A DNA stretch of 62,869 nt, counting the filler, from Lenisia limosa (taxonomy: Eukaryota > Protista > Breviatea): assembly GCA_001655205.1 (NCBI GenBank). It is 11 parts of 11 records of this genome, joined end to end, with 100 filler letters (N's around TTAATTAATTAA, not from the genome) between each part and the next. Parts side by side here need not be neighbours in the genome. Positions count along the whole stretch, not along the records: positions 1 to 9,902 come from LPNZ01010459.1; positions 10,003 to 21,924 come from LPNZ01004797.1; 9 more parts are not named here. One strand, written 5' to 3'. Shown one piece after another: positions 1 through 13,000 of the stretch. Numbering within the stretch: the stretch's first letter is position 1; each line of letters begins with the position of its first letter. Under the pieces are notes generated by a model. That model searched no databases. It worked only from the letters and a program-made list of their open reading frames with translations, and was not told the DNA's origin. The position numbers were made by a program, and so were the translations under genes.

Positions 1-118
1 GCTAGCTTACTAAATGTGTGTGTGCGGGATATTAGGTCAGTATATGGGGGTGGGGGTAAATTGAAAAGTTCAACGAAGGTGCAAAAGAGGAGTCAATGTA
101 AGTGCCACGCCTACTGAC

Positions 119-3100
119 CATCCATATTGCCCATGGCCTTGAGAGCGTCTTGATTCTCTTGCTCCGAGAAAAGCGTCGGGTTCTCTTGCTGGAGCGTTAA
201 CAGGATCAAAGAACATGTACCTAAAACCCAAAACAAGGACGCAAAACCGATACTGTCCATCCAGGGATAGATATGAAAATGATATGTAGTACCCGGTGTA
301 CTAGTGCAGCATTATGGACCACTCAAGTCGGGACTTCATACCTCCTTCAACATCTCCTCAACAGCCTTCTTCTGCATTTTCTCCTTGTCTCCAACTCTCG
401 CAAAGCCGTCGAAGATCTCATTCGAGTCCTTATACAGCTCCGCATCCATGGCGGCCATTGTGTCGGTAAGCGGCGCGTCTGGGGGAGGGGGTAAGGTACT
501 TTTGAATGGGGGGACAAATTAGAGAAACAAAACCCTAAATGACAAAAAATATCAGTTACGGATCTGTGAGAGAGGTGAAAGATAGACTTTGGAACAAAAA
601 CAACAAAAAAGAAACAACACATAACAAAAGCTTGAGAAAAATGCCTAATCGAAATGAATTTCGTCTTGGCAGAGCCACATGCCTATACAGCCAGCACCCC
701 ACCATCATCATCACTGTCGTCTTCGGCATCAGGAATTTCTGTCACGTTTGCGGCCATTTTGGTGGCTGAGTAAAGTTAGCCAACTCCACTCCCATGTATC
801 CATTTCACCGGAATCAGAGAAAGCCAAATTCATTATAAAAAAAACTGTTTTTGAAAATCAATTTTTTTAAAAGGAATCGAATGGGCAAAAAAGCAAGGTA
901 AGGCCCACTATGAGTTTGCGTAACAGGTCCTTTTGATCTGACTAGATGTGGTTAAGAAACACAAAGTCATTAGTTGAAAGTACGATTTCATATGAATATT
1001 TTCAGCACAATAGCTAATGTATTTATTACTATTATTTACACAGCAAATGTTGACACCCACTGCTGAAGTTGTGAAGGAGTCTCATCATTTCCATTTCTTC
1101 CTCATTGTCTTCATCGTACTTCTCGGGGCTACGGTTGGGTGAGTGCAATATCCACATTGGGCTTCACATCGGTTTAAAAAAAGACTGAATTTCTCGATAA
1201 ATCCTCGAAAACTATCGATATTTTACCGTTTTCGAACCGAAGTGAAGCCCTAAATATGGACCGAGCAACAGGATAAAAGTGGATACAAAAGGGAGGAAAC
1301 CTGAGAGAGGGCTATGTAGTATTATATATCATATTCCGTATTTCAAACACAAGATACACACTTGCCGCCAATCTCACTTTGCCTCAGCGCCCCTTAGGCC
1401 AGATTCAGTCTCCAAGAACATCTTCATTCGTTCCAGAAGATTCTTCGTGGCTCCAAGCTTTGTTGTTAGCACTACTTAGGGTTTTATTTTGGATATACAC
1501 ATATATAATACATGTATAGTATACATAGCTATATACACGTACATACCATATATACTACTATGTGTAACTATATGATAAAAATTATGATTACTTCATCATT
1601 GTCTTAAGTGATTAATTCTAACGAGGAAAAGAATCCCCCCACCCCGCCCTCGTCGTCATCCTTCACGCCGTCCTCCTCCATGGCCTTGCGCATTTGTTCG
1701 GCCTGAGCCTCCAACTGACTGTCCAGGTCGGCTGGGTTGACTTCTCGCCAATCTGGGGGGGAGGGGGTAAAGATGGAAAAATCATGAAAGAAAAAAAAAA
1801 GACAATATAAAGCAATCCAGCTCTCCCAAAAGAGATCAGACCTTCATTATCATCCTGTGTGCTGGGGGTGAAACGCGGCAGCTCCTGTGAGTACAGCGAC
1901 TTCCAGAGCGTTGATCTCAGGGATCTGGGGGTATGAGTAGGTTTCACTTCGGTTCAAAAAAGACTGCATTTTTCGATAAATCTCCGAAAACTATCGATAT
2001 TTTTGCGGTACTTTCAAATCGAAGTGGAACCCAAGGTATGAGAAAAAGATCCTATTCTACTATTAGCATTTGCATAAAATCCGAGATCTTGTCAACACTT
2101 ATTGCTAAGTGAGGATGTAGGAATGGTCTAACAAAGGTAGTGTTGGTTCACTTACGTGGTGGTGGTTTTTGACTCATTTGGAAGAGGTTCGTCAGGCTGG
2201 TGGAGTGAGACTGATATGTTCATCATGACAAAACCCAACAAAAGGTGATGGGAGAATGGGAGTTTTTTATTTCAGGTGAAAAAAAAAAAAAAAAATTAGG
2301 GAAGTAGATTTNNNNNNNNNNNNNNNNNNNNNNNNNNNNNNNNNNNNNNNNNNNNNNNNNNNNNNNNNNNNNNNNNNNNNNNNNNNNNNNNNNNNNCTTG
2401 GTGCCAAGGAGTTGACAAGCAAGCATTTCAAGGCCACATGCCTGGAGGTGAGTCGAAAGCTTAGTGCCCTAAGAAAAGGCGAATGGTAATGGTCATACTT
2501 AACGCTTCACTTCGGTTCGGGAAAAATTTCGATAGTTTTCGAGGATTTATCGAGAATTTCAGTCTTTTTTAGAACCGAAGTGAAGCCCTTGTCATACTAT
2601 TGTAAAGTGTTGTAAGAGTATTGGTGAGCGACAATAATAACTCCACACGCCCACCCCCCAACCCCCAAAGAGAACACAGCATTCAGCCCTGCCACCATTT
2701 TAATGCCCATGTCGTGGCTCTTGTGTTCGGGATAGCCGACGGGGGGTGCGCGGAGGGACTTATGCGGACTCGGGAAGTTCTAAGTGGATAAGAAACGCGA
2801 ATGGAGACAAAGGGCTAATAAAGAAAAACCACTGTTTCTGTTGAAGAGGATGGAGAAGAGAAGCCAGACGAAACCTTTGTAGGTTCCTTCGGATCACTCT
2901 GATAGTCTCACCCCTTCTCCAAACCTGAGCGATGGTCTGTGCGAACAGGAGGCGAGAGAGGCGAAGAGACACCTCTACCATTTCCACCGACTCATCATTG
3001 AGAACATGTTGAAGCTTACGACACCGCTGAGGTGGGGAGGTAAAGTTGGAAAATTGACGCAACAAAAAAAGCCCAAAATCATCTCTGTTGGCTAACAACT

Positions 3101-6100
3101 CACAGGGATTGAAAACAACAAACAAAGCCCATAAAAAGTTATCTCAAGCCATACCTTGACGTCATCTTGTGAACGTACATAGAACGCGCGAACTGCAGCG
3201 GCACATAACTGAGAAATGAATACTAAAAGAAACAACAGCAAAGAAGGTATTATCTGGCTGAAATAGTCAATCCTATTATTTCTTTGACAACGATATCATC
3301 ATCATGTTTACTATTTCTTTAATGGTATGGTCTTGTAAAATTGTCAGCCACCCTGCCACTTCAAGCTGACCCCCCCCCCCCCNNNNNNNNNNNNNNNNNN
3401 NNNNNNNNNNNNNNNNNNNNNNNNNNNNNNNNNNNNNNNNNNNNNNNNNNNNNNNNNNNNNNNNNTGGCAGTGCACTAGGTGCTTGTTGGCCTTGAAACC
3501 CTCGCTTTTGAATCTGGTGGTCAGGTCACTCGTCATCTTGGTTAAATCTCGAGAAATACAATCTGATTGCCTTATGGAACTTCCCCACCCCCCACTCTCT
3601 GATTGCCTTATGGAAGAAGGACTGCAAGTCCATGTCAGGCTGGGCAGCTCTATTATTGATAACCTGCGGGACATTATCAGAAATTTGGATAACAGTATCA
3701 TCATATCATATGATATCATATGGTGCAAAATCAAGGTGCTATCGTGAATGAAACCTCATCAACCTTGTACACCGTTTTGTGGAAAACGCCATGGCCCTCT
3801 TCCTAAACAGTGAGCAATTCATTCGAACATATCATCATAAAACTACAGTGACCGGGATAAGTCTTGACCTATTTTCCTTGGGAATTCACATAGCAAATCG
3901 GTCGATTTATCCGGTCGCTGTACATAAAACGATGCCTCAGTAGGAGACAGAACCCGGGTCATGAGAGCGTTCAAAATATGAGCCAAAACAACAAATGTTC
4001 CGCTAACCAGGTTCTTGGGGGGCACCATACAGAGCTTCCCTTTGTTGATAAACACCTAAATCAGTGAGATAAAGTAACAAAAGTTAAGAGAAAAATATGC
4101 GATTCACTTCGGCCAGAAAAAGATCTGTGGTTTTCAATGTTTGCCGCTGACAACTGAGACCAGTAAGAAGAAGCGTTTAACTCTGATTCTTGTTTTCTTG
4201 ATTTCTCACCAATTTAGAGCTCTTAAACTCTATCGAGTGGGAGACTTTCTGAAATCAGACCACAGCATCTTCGTTGATGAAGTTTGAAACGAGAGAGCAT
4301 GTTAACCTAATGTTCCATTATGATGTTAAAAGTTACCTACTTATTGATGCCCAGCACCACCACCACCTGCGCCAGACTCGTTCTTTTCATGGGTTGACTT
4401 TATTACCTTCTTGTTGTTTGAAAAACTTGGAGCCCTATTACCTCTTGAAAACACCAACAGGAGCTAGGGTCCCTGCTAAACAGGTAAGCTTACAGCATTA
4501 TTTGTCTCCCAACAAAGCGTTATTGGTTTTTCAGAGAAGTTGGTCCAGACCTTTAGGGCTACATTGGAAGCTCGCGAACTTTCCTCGCACCAGTCTCAAT
4601 TACCAATGTCTATAACATTGTAGAAGTAAGCAGGTGTTTAGATAGGGGCTCCTAACTATCACTTATCTTTGTAGACTGAAGACGGTGTCCCGGAAGTAGT
4701 CGTCAAAGGAGGTATGTAATCTCATCGTTGAATTCTTGTTACCTCCTAGTATCAGCTCAGACACAATAGAAGGCAGTGCACCTTACAGACCTGTCCCAGG
4801 TGCAGGAAGCCCCATCACCTTGCAGATTGCCCTTCATGAGAGCATGATGGATAAAACGTTCAATTTCTCCAATATTACGTCGTGTTTTTTTTTTTTCTTC
4901 TTCTTCATAATCTCATTTAGTAGATGTGAAACCTGTAAGGGACCACATCTCTCGCACCGCCATAAGAAGACCCCTATTAAGACGCTATATTTTGTATTGA
5001 ACATGATTATTAACATTCACAGGGAAGCTGCTTCCTAGTAATTTTTTCTTTATTTTCATTGGAAATATAATGACAATGGCTTTTAGTACTATTTTCATTT
5101 ACCTGGAGGAAGTTGATTTTGAAAAAACTTGCTCATCATTTCCAGAACAACATTTACACCTATGGAGCAGAGAGCACTGAGGCCATAACTACACCTCAAA
5201 GGCCTTCAATGATTTTGATTGTAAAGTTCTCTTTTTCTATAAACATTTGCAAGCCTGTTGACGAGATCCCTTGTGATCGCACTCCCAGCGCTTCGGCCGA
5301 GTCTGCCAAGGGAAGGCACCGCCGCCTGTTTGGTCGGTTCCATTGCAAGGAGTGTATCGACGCAGGTCGCCCCAAGTCTGTGGCCTGTTACACTCTGATA
5401 GATTGTCCTCTCGTGGTGTGTGCCTGCGGTGATCCCGGACACATCCGGGGGTACTGCTCCAAGTCCCATGCCCCCAAGTCCGCGAACGCAGTTTCATCAA
5501 GCCCCCACCTTCTAATTAAATCATCAAGCCCCCACCTTCTAATTAAATCATCAAGCCCCCACCTTCTAATTAAATCTATAATCCCTGCTGGACGTAAAGT
5601 CACGACTCCAAGAAAGTTTTTGGAAGCCTCCAGCTCTAAGCCAAGATCCCCATCTACCGCGTGGGACACATTCCAAACATTAACGCTTTAGTATCCGGGG
5701 AAAACTTTTAATACACGGACTAAGTCTAAGCTCACCTCTGAGCTCGGGATCCTTGACGCACAGTGCCAGCTCAGCCAGGGCCCCGTTGTGGAGCCTACGA
5801 GTATGTTCCGTTATACTGTATCGCCTATGTCCAGGCTGATGGAGCCAAGGCCTTCAAGGGACGACGATCATTCTTCCGTCTCTTATATTTTATGGTGAAA
5901 TTACTAGAAAAGCCTTAATAGTACCCCCCCCCCCACTCTGTTGTCCATAAGGTCAGGATCTACCCATCCTGGTATGAAGTCCGCACAGTGAGTCATAAGG
6001 AACTGATGATCTTGTTCGTAGACCCTAGGGGGGGGGGGGNNNNNNNNNNNNNNNNNNNNNNNNNNNNNNNNNNNNNNNNNNNNNNNNNNNNNNNNNNNNN

Positions 6101-7253
6101 NNNNNNNNNNNNNNNNNNNNNNNNNNNNNNNNNNNNNNNNNNNNNNNNNNNNNNNNNNTGAAGTTACTAATCACGAACCGAATAATCCAAAACTCCTAAC
6201 AAACAGGGGTGGGGTGAATGAAGAAATCCACTACACTAAACAAACAATATATAATCTATTTGGCAAATGAACCGGCTTAGAGTATATCATATAGCAATGA
6301 AAAAATATATATAGTATAATAATATTGCAATGAGAAATAAAAAATAAGGTTGTATCTGGCCGNNNNNNNNNNNNNNNNNNNNNNNNNNNNNNNNNNNNNN
6401 NNNNNNNNNNNNNNNNNNNNNNNNNNNNNNNNCACAGCTTTCTACGTGCCTCCCCACATACCAACAAACTGTTTCTGGCCAATTTTTTGAGATGTGGAAG
6501 AGGAGGAAAACAACAAACCACTCATCCTGTACTATCAGACCCCAACATAAGAACACGTGCGAAAAGAGCAATCCAGAAAAGCTGGTAGAAGTGAAAGGTT
6601 TTCCCCACCTTTACATCCTCTCCAAAAGCCAACTGTCCCTCCAGACAAGGCACACCGTCTGTACTGATTAGCCTCTGTATATATAGTGACTGGGATAAGG
6701 ACCGATTTGCTGTGATTTCCCAAGGAAAATCGGTCAAGACTCATCCCTATCAATCATATAGCAGTGAGAAATAAGAAAACAAGCCTCTGTATTGCTGTTG
6801 TTTACTGACTTGATTTCCAATACAAACTCTTCGCCCCCCCCCCCCCCCNNNNNNNNNNNNNNNNNNNNNNNNNNNNNNNNNNNNNNNNNNNNNNNNNNNN
6901 NNNNNNNNNNNNNNNNNNNNNNNNNNNNNNNNNNNNNNNNNNNNNNNNNNNNNNNNNNNNNNNNNNNNNNNNNNNNNNNNNNNNNNNNNNNNNNNNNNNN
7001 NNNNNNNNNNNNNNNNNNNNNNNNTAATTCCAGTCAATACTTGACAGTTATCACCTTCTAATCACTTTGTCAATAGTTCAAGAAAAGAACGCCAGATTAG
7101 TACCTCAACAACTATTGATGTTGGAATGGGCACAAAAGCAATTATCTTCAACCCCCTTACAGGATCAATTAGAACCATTCCAAAGGTGACGGTTTCGGCT
7201 GAGATTTCAAGGCCATGCTTGAGGCTGGCTTCCTTTCCATTAAAGAAGTCCAT
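119..7253 (-). CDS. ECD: Ecdysoneless (ECD/hSGT1-like) protein, multi-exon; 3' end runs off the window start
   Basis: Spliced exons give MDFFNGKEASLKHGLEISAETVTFGMVLIDP (7253), VPCLEGQLAFGEDV, QDEWFVVFLLFHISKNWPETV, VYEQDHQFLMTHCADFIPGWVDPDLMDNR|VFINKGKLCMVPP, LCAAAVRAFYVRSQDDVK|RCRKLQ...LSRLLFAQTIAQ, HDMGIKM|ACGLEML, WREVNPADLD, LLERMKMFLETESGLRGAE. These follow the ECD motif order I recall (DEWFIVY, DGEFLL..ADFLP.W, AFYLRD, ELGMKLA.GFE). Confidence 0.9.
4460..5691 (+). CDS. Putative nested antisense gene or element remnant with CCHC/zinc-binding motifs, inside an ECD intron
   Basis: Plus-strand GT donors (4484 gtaagc, 4627 gtaagc, 4712 gtatgt) and pyrimidine-AG acceptors. Motifs CETCKGPH (~4925) and CKEC...DCPLVVCACGDPGHIRGYC (ORF 5113-5691); CPRCRKPHHLADC (4792-4830) in another frame. 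Exon joining is ambiguous. Confidence 0.35.
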
Positions 7254-7541
7254 TTGGGCCTTTGGTCAATCGCACGCGGCGGAGACGGTTGAAGCAGCGT
7301 TTCAGGCCAACTTTTGGAATTTATAAACGCTGCAGCAGTTATTTAATACTATATAGGTAGAAAGAGGACAGTTTGGAAAAAAAGATGGGTGAAATTCAAA
7401 GCTCGGAAGCCGTACTTTTGATTCCCAGAAATCCAAAAAAATTGTTCACCTTTCTCAACCCTTTCCTCATACAAGCTTGGCATATTGAATATTAAAACGG
7501 TATTTAGAATTTGACTAACTTGAAACCTCTTTGTTGTTGAG

Positions 7542-9584
7542 ATGCCTGTCGATCCAAGCCTCCAAAAGGACTATTCTGCAGGTTATTGGGTTGCCACTTA
7601 TCATTGAAAGCTGATTAATAGGGTAACTAATGCGGCTGATCTTCCCCTTCCTTGAATCACACACCTTCATCCAAGATTTTACATTCCAGTCTTAGATGAG
7701 GCAATGAGAGCACCAGCAGAGCTCTGGATCGGCTTACCAGAGGTATGTTAGGGTCATGAGGAAATATGTTGTGACGGAGGTGTGTTGTTGGTTCTCTGCC
7801 GTTCTATTGGCACTCCTAATATTCTGTCACAATTTTGTGTAACCTTCCCTTAGTTGTACTTGCTTCAATTTATTACCTTATCTCTTAAATCTTGGTTGTT
7901 TTATTAGGTTCTTGGTTATGTTATTTTGTTTCAAACCCATGTAAACAGATTGGCTTTCTTCTGTTTGTTCGATAGCACAGATTGGCTTTCCTCTGTTTGT
8001 TCGATGAATAGTTTCAAAACTAGTTTTACACATACCTAAAATGCGACCTGGAATTCACAGTCAGTGCTGGGGACTATTCCCCCTCGTTTTCCCTATCTTT
8101 TCACTGTCACACATGGCATAATATCTTCGTTCACATTTTTGAGTGATATGCGGTGCTGCAGAAGCGACTGGGCTTTGTTTGTTTTGTTGTTTTCAACCTT
8201 CGTGTGTTTTCAGCCAACAGAGTTGATTTGGGGTTTTTTTTGTTTCATAAATTTCCCATTTTACTCCCCCCCCCCCCTCACTCNNNNNNNNNNNNNNNNN
8301 NNNNNNNNNNNNNNNNNNNNNNNNNNNNNNNNNNNNNNNNNNNNNNNNTTCTGGAGGGCTTGCTCATTAACGCGCCGGCAGTGTTTGCCACGCAGTTCGC
8401 AGCCATCTTGTCGCCGCTGTCATTTGCCTTCTTCAGCGCCGTGTCCATGGAGGATGAGGAGTGGGGGGGGGGGGNNNNNNNNNNNNNNNNNNNNNNNNNN
8501 NNNNNNNNNNNNNNNAATTTCCGCCATTGTCGGATCTTATTAAATAGTTTTTTTCTCCGCTGTCAGAGTCAATTTGGGACAATATCGATGTGTATAGAGG
8601 GCTTGTAAGTTGCTTTCTGTTTCCGGAAGGAATGCGAAGAAATGATTCCACTACCCCCCACCTCTCTTACGTGTTGTCAGCCAACAGAGTTGATTTTGGG
8701 CTTTTTGTTGAATAAATTTTCCAATTTAACATCCCAGAGTATTCCACGCCTTAGCAAGGATCCGATTGGGTCAGTTCCGCTCACCTGCCGTAGTGTGTTC
8801 GCAGGACAAGGTTCCAGAAAAGGTCAGGTTACCTTCAGCACAAATATTCTTATTTAGGGTTTCCCTACGGTCTCCAAAAAACTGACTTCCTCGATAAATC
8901 CTCGATAAATATTGATATTTCACCTGTCTTTTTCTGACCTTCGGGAAGTCCAACTTATAACGCTTCAGAGTCAACACAGTTTCGCTTATTGTTCAGGCAG
9001 TGTGCTCTTTAGTTTACCTTGACACCTTGACACGTTGATATATTGATTTTGTTCACATAAATATCCAGCCTCTGACCTGTTAGTTGTGTCGCAGCCGCCG
9101 CATGAACTTTGCTGTTGAAATGCTCAAAAAAGGTGACAGCTACTTCAGGTGAGGGAGGCAGGCTCGAACACCTGGTCAACAGAGATATTTACAAACTAAT
9201 TCATATTTTGATATAATTTGCCTTTCAGTGAAACGGAATGTCGTGAAAGACACCCCCTTTTGTGGGAGGCTTTGGTGGGCGCCTTCATCCCGGACTCTCA
9301 GAAGGAGGTGAGTGAAAGGGATTATGAAACCTGACAGAAACACCATGTTCAACAGGATTGATTATTTAAAGGGCCCTTTTTATTCGATTGCAATTGCCTC
9401 ACAACATCCACGATACGATAAAAATAACCGGGTTCTAACTAGCACCCAAAACCACCCTCTAACAGCGTAGACGGCCTTTAGTGCCAAGTTGCCGTTGAGT
9501 GAGCGTTTGGTGGCCTCCATAGACTGCGAAAACAGGACCACATTGCTGGCGTCGAAACAAAGCGAGCAGGAGGCCGAGGAAATG
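7542..9584 (+). CDS. CCDC97: CCDC97/DUF2052-like protein, multi-exon, 3' end lost in gap
   Basis: MPVDPSLQKDYSA|VLDEAMRAPAELWIGLPE ... VFHALARIRLG ... LCRSRRMNFAVEMLKKGDSYFS|ETECRERHPLLWEALVGAFIP ... LPLSERLVASID. Resembles the RNRRY..L....YFS.E.M..R.PLL.E..IG core of DUF2052 as I recall it. Confidence 0.7.
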
Positions 9585-10026
9585 GGTCTTTTCAGAGGCG
9601 AAAAGGGTGGGCAGTACCTTGGCTTTTTGGGCCTTTTTTGGCGTTTTGGACCGTTTTCTCAGATTTCTGTTTTGACTTCACTTAGGGATGGAAATTGGCA
9701 TGATAATGGAGATGGATGAGGTTAATGAGGAGGTGCGACGGGGGGTGTGACTTCTTTTCTCTTTGTTTCACACTGCACTTGCCAAACTATCTTTACGAAA
9801 TTATCTTTACGGAATAATGAGAAATCTCATTCGCTTTCTTCAGCAGCCGGTGTTGTCTCGAAACCCCTTATCTGCCCAAACTATTTAGTTGTTTTTGCGT
9901 TANNNNNNNNNNNNNNNNNNNNNNNNNNNNNNNNNNNNNNNNNNNNTTAATTAATTAANNNNNNNNNNNNNNNNNNNNNNNNNNNNNNNNNNNNNNNNNN
10001 NNCCTATTTTATCACTCAGACTGGAC

Positions 10027-13000
10027 ATGTACCTCACACCAGTACACCCCGAAGCACAGTTAGTACCTCAGAACCTTCCGCATCAAATACAAAACGAAGC
10101 CCCCCAATACGCCTCTCAAAACTATTCACCCAGCCAACCCCAGCCCCAACGTCATCAACCCCACCCTGTTAATCCCTTCTATCCGAGCCAACCAACTGCC
10201 CACCACCGTTATTCCGACCCGTACACCCAGGCCTACACAAGGTCTTCGGCCCCATGCAAACGTCTTGTTAAGAAGTCGCCGAAGCGTCTCGGAAGCGACA
10301 AGCGGCACCTAATCATGCCGCCGGCTAAGTCGATCTACTCCCCACAAGATGTCTGCTGCGTTTTCTTTTGCTTTTAAGCCACTTTCCAGAAGCTTACCAA
10401 TTTAGGAAGTTGACATTGAGCCTGTGCCAGTCATAAAGCCTAATATTGTGAAGTCCTCGCGCTTAAGGCAGCTCTCTCCGCCTCAAGAAGACCTTGTCCG
10501 ACAGTACCATAAGAACGATCAAGGCGCTCCGGTCAGAGCATTCACGCGGCCAGAAGTAGGGAGGAGGCATCGTTCAAGAGACATCACGACTGTAGTTTGT
10601 CATGTTAGTCCCACTCTTCGCCTAATTTTACATGAATATTATACTTGTACATCTATCATATCATATGTCATGTATTAAATTAGAATTTTCAGGAGATGGA
10701 CCAATTTGCATCCAACATAGTATTTGATGTTTTTTACTGTTCTGCTCTTTTTATTCGGCACAGGAGCATTTTGATTCGTTCACGCCGCCGCCTCTCCTTG
10801 GGCAAGCAATGACGTACAACCCCCAGCACAATGCCAGAAAAGAACACTTCCATCATACCACCCCTGTGCCGAATGTCGATCAGAAATCGTATTCCACTGA
10901 TCATAGATCTCAGTCTGTCCCCCTTCGTCATCGTCAAGAGCCGCAAACCTACGCAGCAGCCCACCAAAGCACATTTTCATATTGTCGGACTGGTGGTTCA
11001 GTGACGGAGGTTACTGATCTGACTGGAGCGCCAACCTGTCCTCGACTTGGTGACAGGATGAAGGGCAGCGCACGTGATGACGACGTTGATCTGACGGCAA
11101 AACACAGGCGCGGTGTGAGGGCAACATCCCCGATTCGGGCTTCTAGAAGAGACCCCCACGACACTGAATCAACGAATAAAAAGGTTAGTCTCACTTCATT
11201 TTTTTTTTTTTCGATGTTGTTCTTTTCAGTAACACTGTAGGGACCCGAATATCTGGAAAAGCTGAGACAGGATAACGGTATGTGTTGATCTGCTGTAATC
11301 GTAGTGGGACATAGAAATAAAATGTTGAATTGTCCAATTTTTAGTCCATTCATTATTTACTTCTTAGCATTGCTAAAAGCCGAAGTCAATAAAATGATAA
11401 ACGAAACGAATGAGGTGGAACCAGAGGTGTCTTATAAAACGGTCAAAAATAGGTACGTTTCGTGGTTGATCGTTTTTTCCAAATCGCTAATATGATTATG
11501 ATCATTGTCATTCACATTCTGTCAGGTCATCAACAGCCCTACCGCGAACGCCAAAAAACCCTATGGCTGCCCCGCAGAGACTGAAACAGTTGAGGTTGGA
11601 CGCTGCGTCACTTTCAATCTTTCCGATTGCTGATAAGTCCTATCCATTCTGAAACTTTCAGATCCCCCCATCGAGCACCGCCACCATCAAAGAAACCTGC
11701 TGTTGTTGACCCCCCTTCTCTTCCCCCTGTGAGAGCCAAAAACTCCCCACCTTCCCAAAGAGGCAAATCTGCTCCACAACCTTCCTCTTTTGGGATGCCT
11801 CTACCACAGATTACTTGTCAGCCGCACACCGAAGAGCCCCGAGCATCTCCAGCTACCGCGTCTCGGGAAGACCTTAGAAGGCTTCAAGTTTGTGGGGTTG
11901 AGGGCGAATCTTTAATCGTTGTTTTTTTCCCAACTGCTGCTTGGCAGTTTCGCCATATTCCACAAGTGTCAGCTGACTCTTTTAGGCAGTGTTTGATTTC
12001 GCACATGAAGAGCTTGAAGTGGCCCGCACTGAAAAACGAGGCCTTCAACAGCAGGCAACTGCCATGGTGGGTTCTCAAGAATGACCTGGTGAAGAAAAAA
12101 ATAAAGTCATATCCTACGTAGAAACACATAATACAGGTTCTACCTTTTCCAATTTCTTGTTGAACAAACAACGTTTGACTCACCCCCCCCCCCCTCCCCA
12201 GGAGTCCCAACTCACTAAATCCAATACGAGAGCACAATACGCTGAGACGGCTCTTGCTGAACACGTTTGTTGTTTGTCTTGATACAGCTTGTCACTTACA
12301 CCCAGGCCGGGCGAATGTCGGCATTAGAGGCGGCAGTGGCCATGACCCGCGAGTCAGACCGCGAATTGAGGCTCGACCTCCAGGTATTCAGACATTAATA
12401 GCAAACATGATAATGTGGATGGCTTGCCTTCTCGACAATGTTACAAAGAGCGCAATGTTGGTCGGCTCTTATAGTCCAGACCCTGTCACAAGACTTGGAG
12501 GAGTGTCATGAAGCGTTGAGGGTATCGGAATCTACCAAAATCGATGCACTAAACAAGCTCTCGGAACTTCAAGCATCTGCCGAAAATCAGCCCAAACAAA
12601 AGTCCACGCATGAGGCTTGTACTCAGAGTGACCCGCAGGTTGGTGTATTGTGGACAATAACTCAAGAATTTCGGTTTCGTTTTTGGTAACCATGTCAGGA
12701 AACTTGCTGCAGCTGCTTCATTGATTTGGAAGACGCGAGAAAGGAAGTGTTACAACTGCAGCAGTCGATTACAGAGGTGCGTTGACACAACGTTTTATCT
12801 TCATTTGCTTAAGTGTTGACCCCCCAAGGTTAAGGTTTCTTGGGCTGAGGAGGTCGCGTCACTTGAGGAAGACCTACTTCAAGCAGCAGAGAGGAGCTTC
12901 GGTGGGAATTGTACACCGTCTATAAATGTTCTAAATAGTGATTAATTATGGCCATGAGATAAGATACCCGTTTCCCTGTTGACAAAATCAGCTGTTCATC

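Noticed and set aside
4668-5800. Alternative minus-strand spliced reading inside the long ECD intron (…RLNRGLLMAVREMW…LHTSFDDYFRD…)
   Set aside because: It needs a GC donor and an unexplained frame change, lies on the same strand as ECD and shows no recognisable motif. The plus strand has stronger donors and Cys/His motifs. Not fully excluded.
9947-9958. TTAATTAATTAA recurring ten times as a possible biological motif
   Set aside because: Always centred in N runs and gives stops in all six frames: an artificial contig linker.
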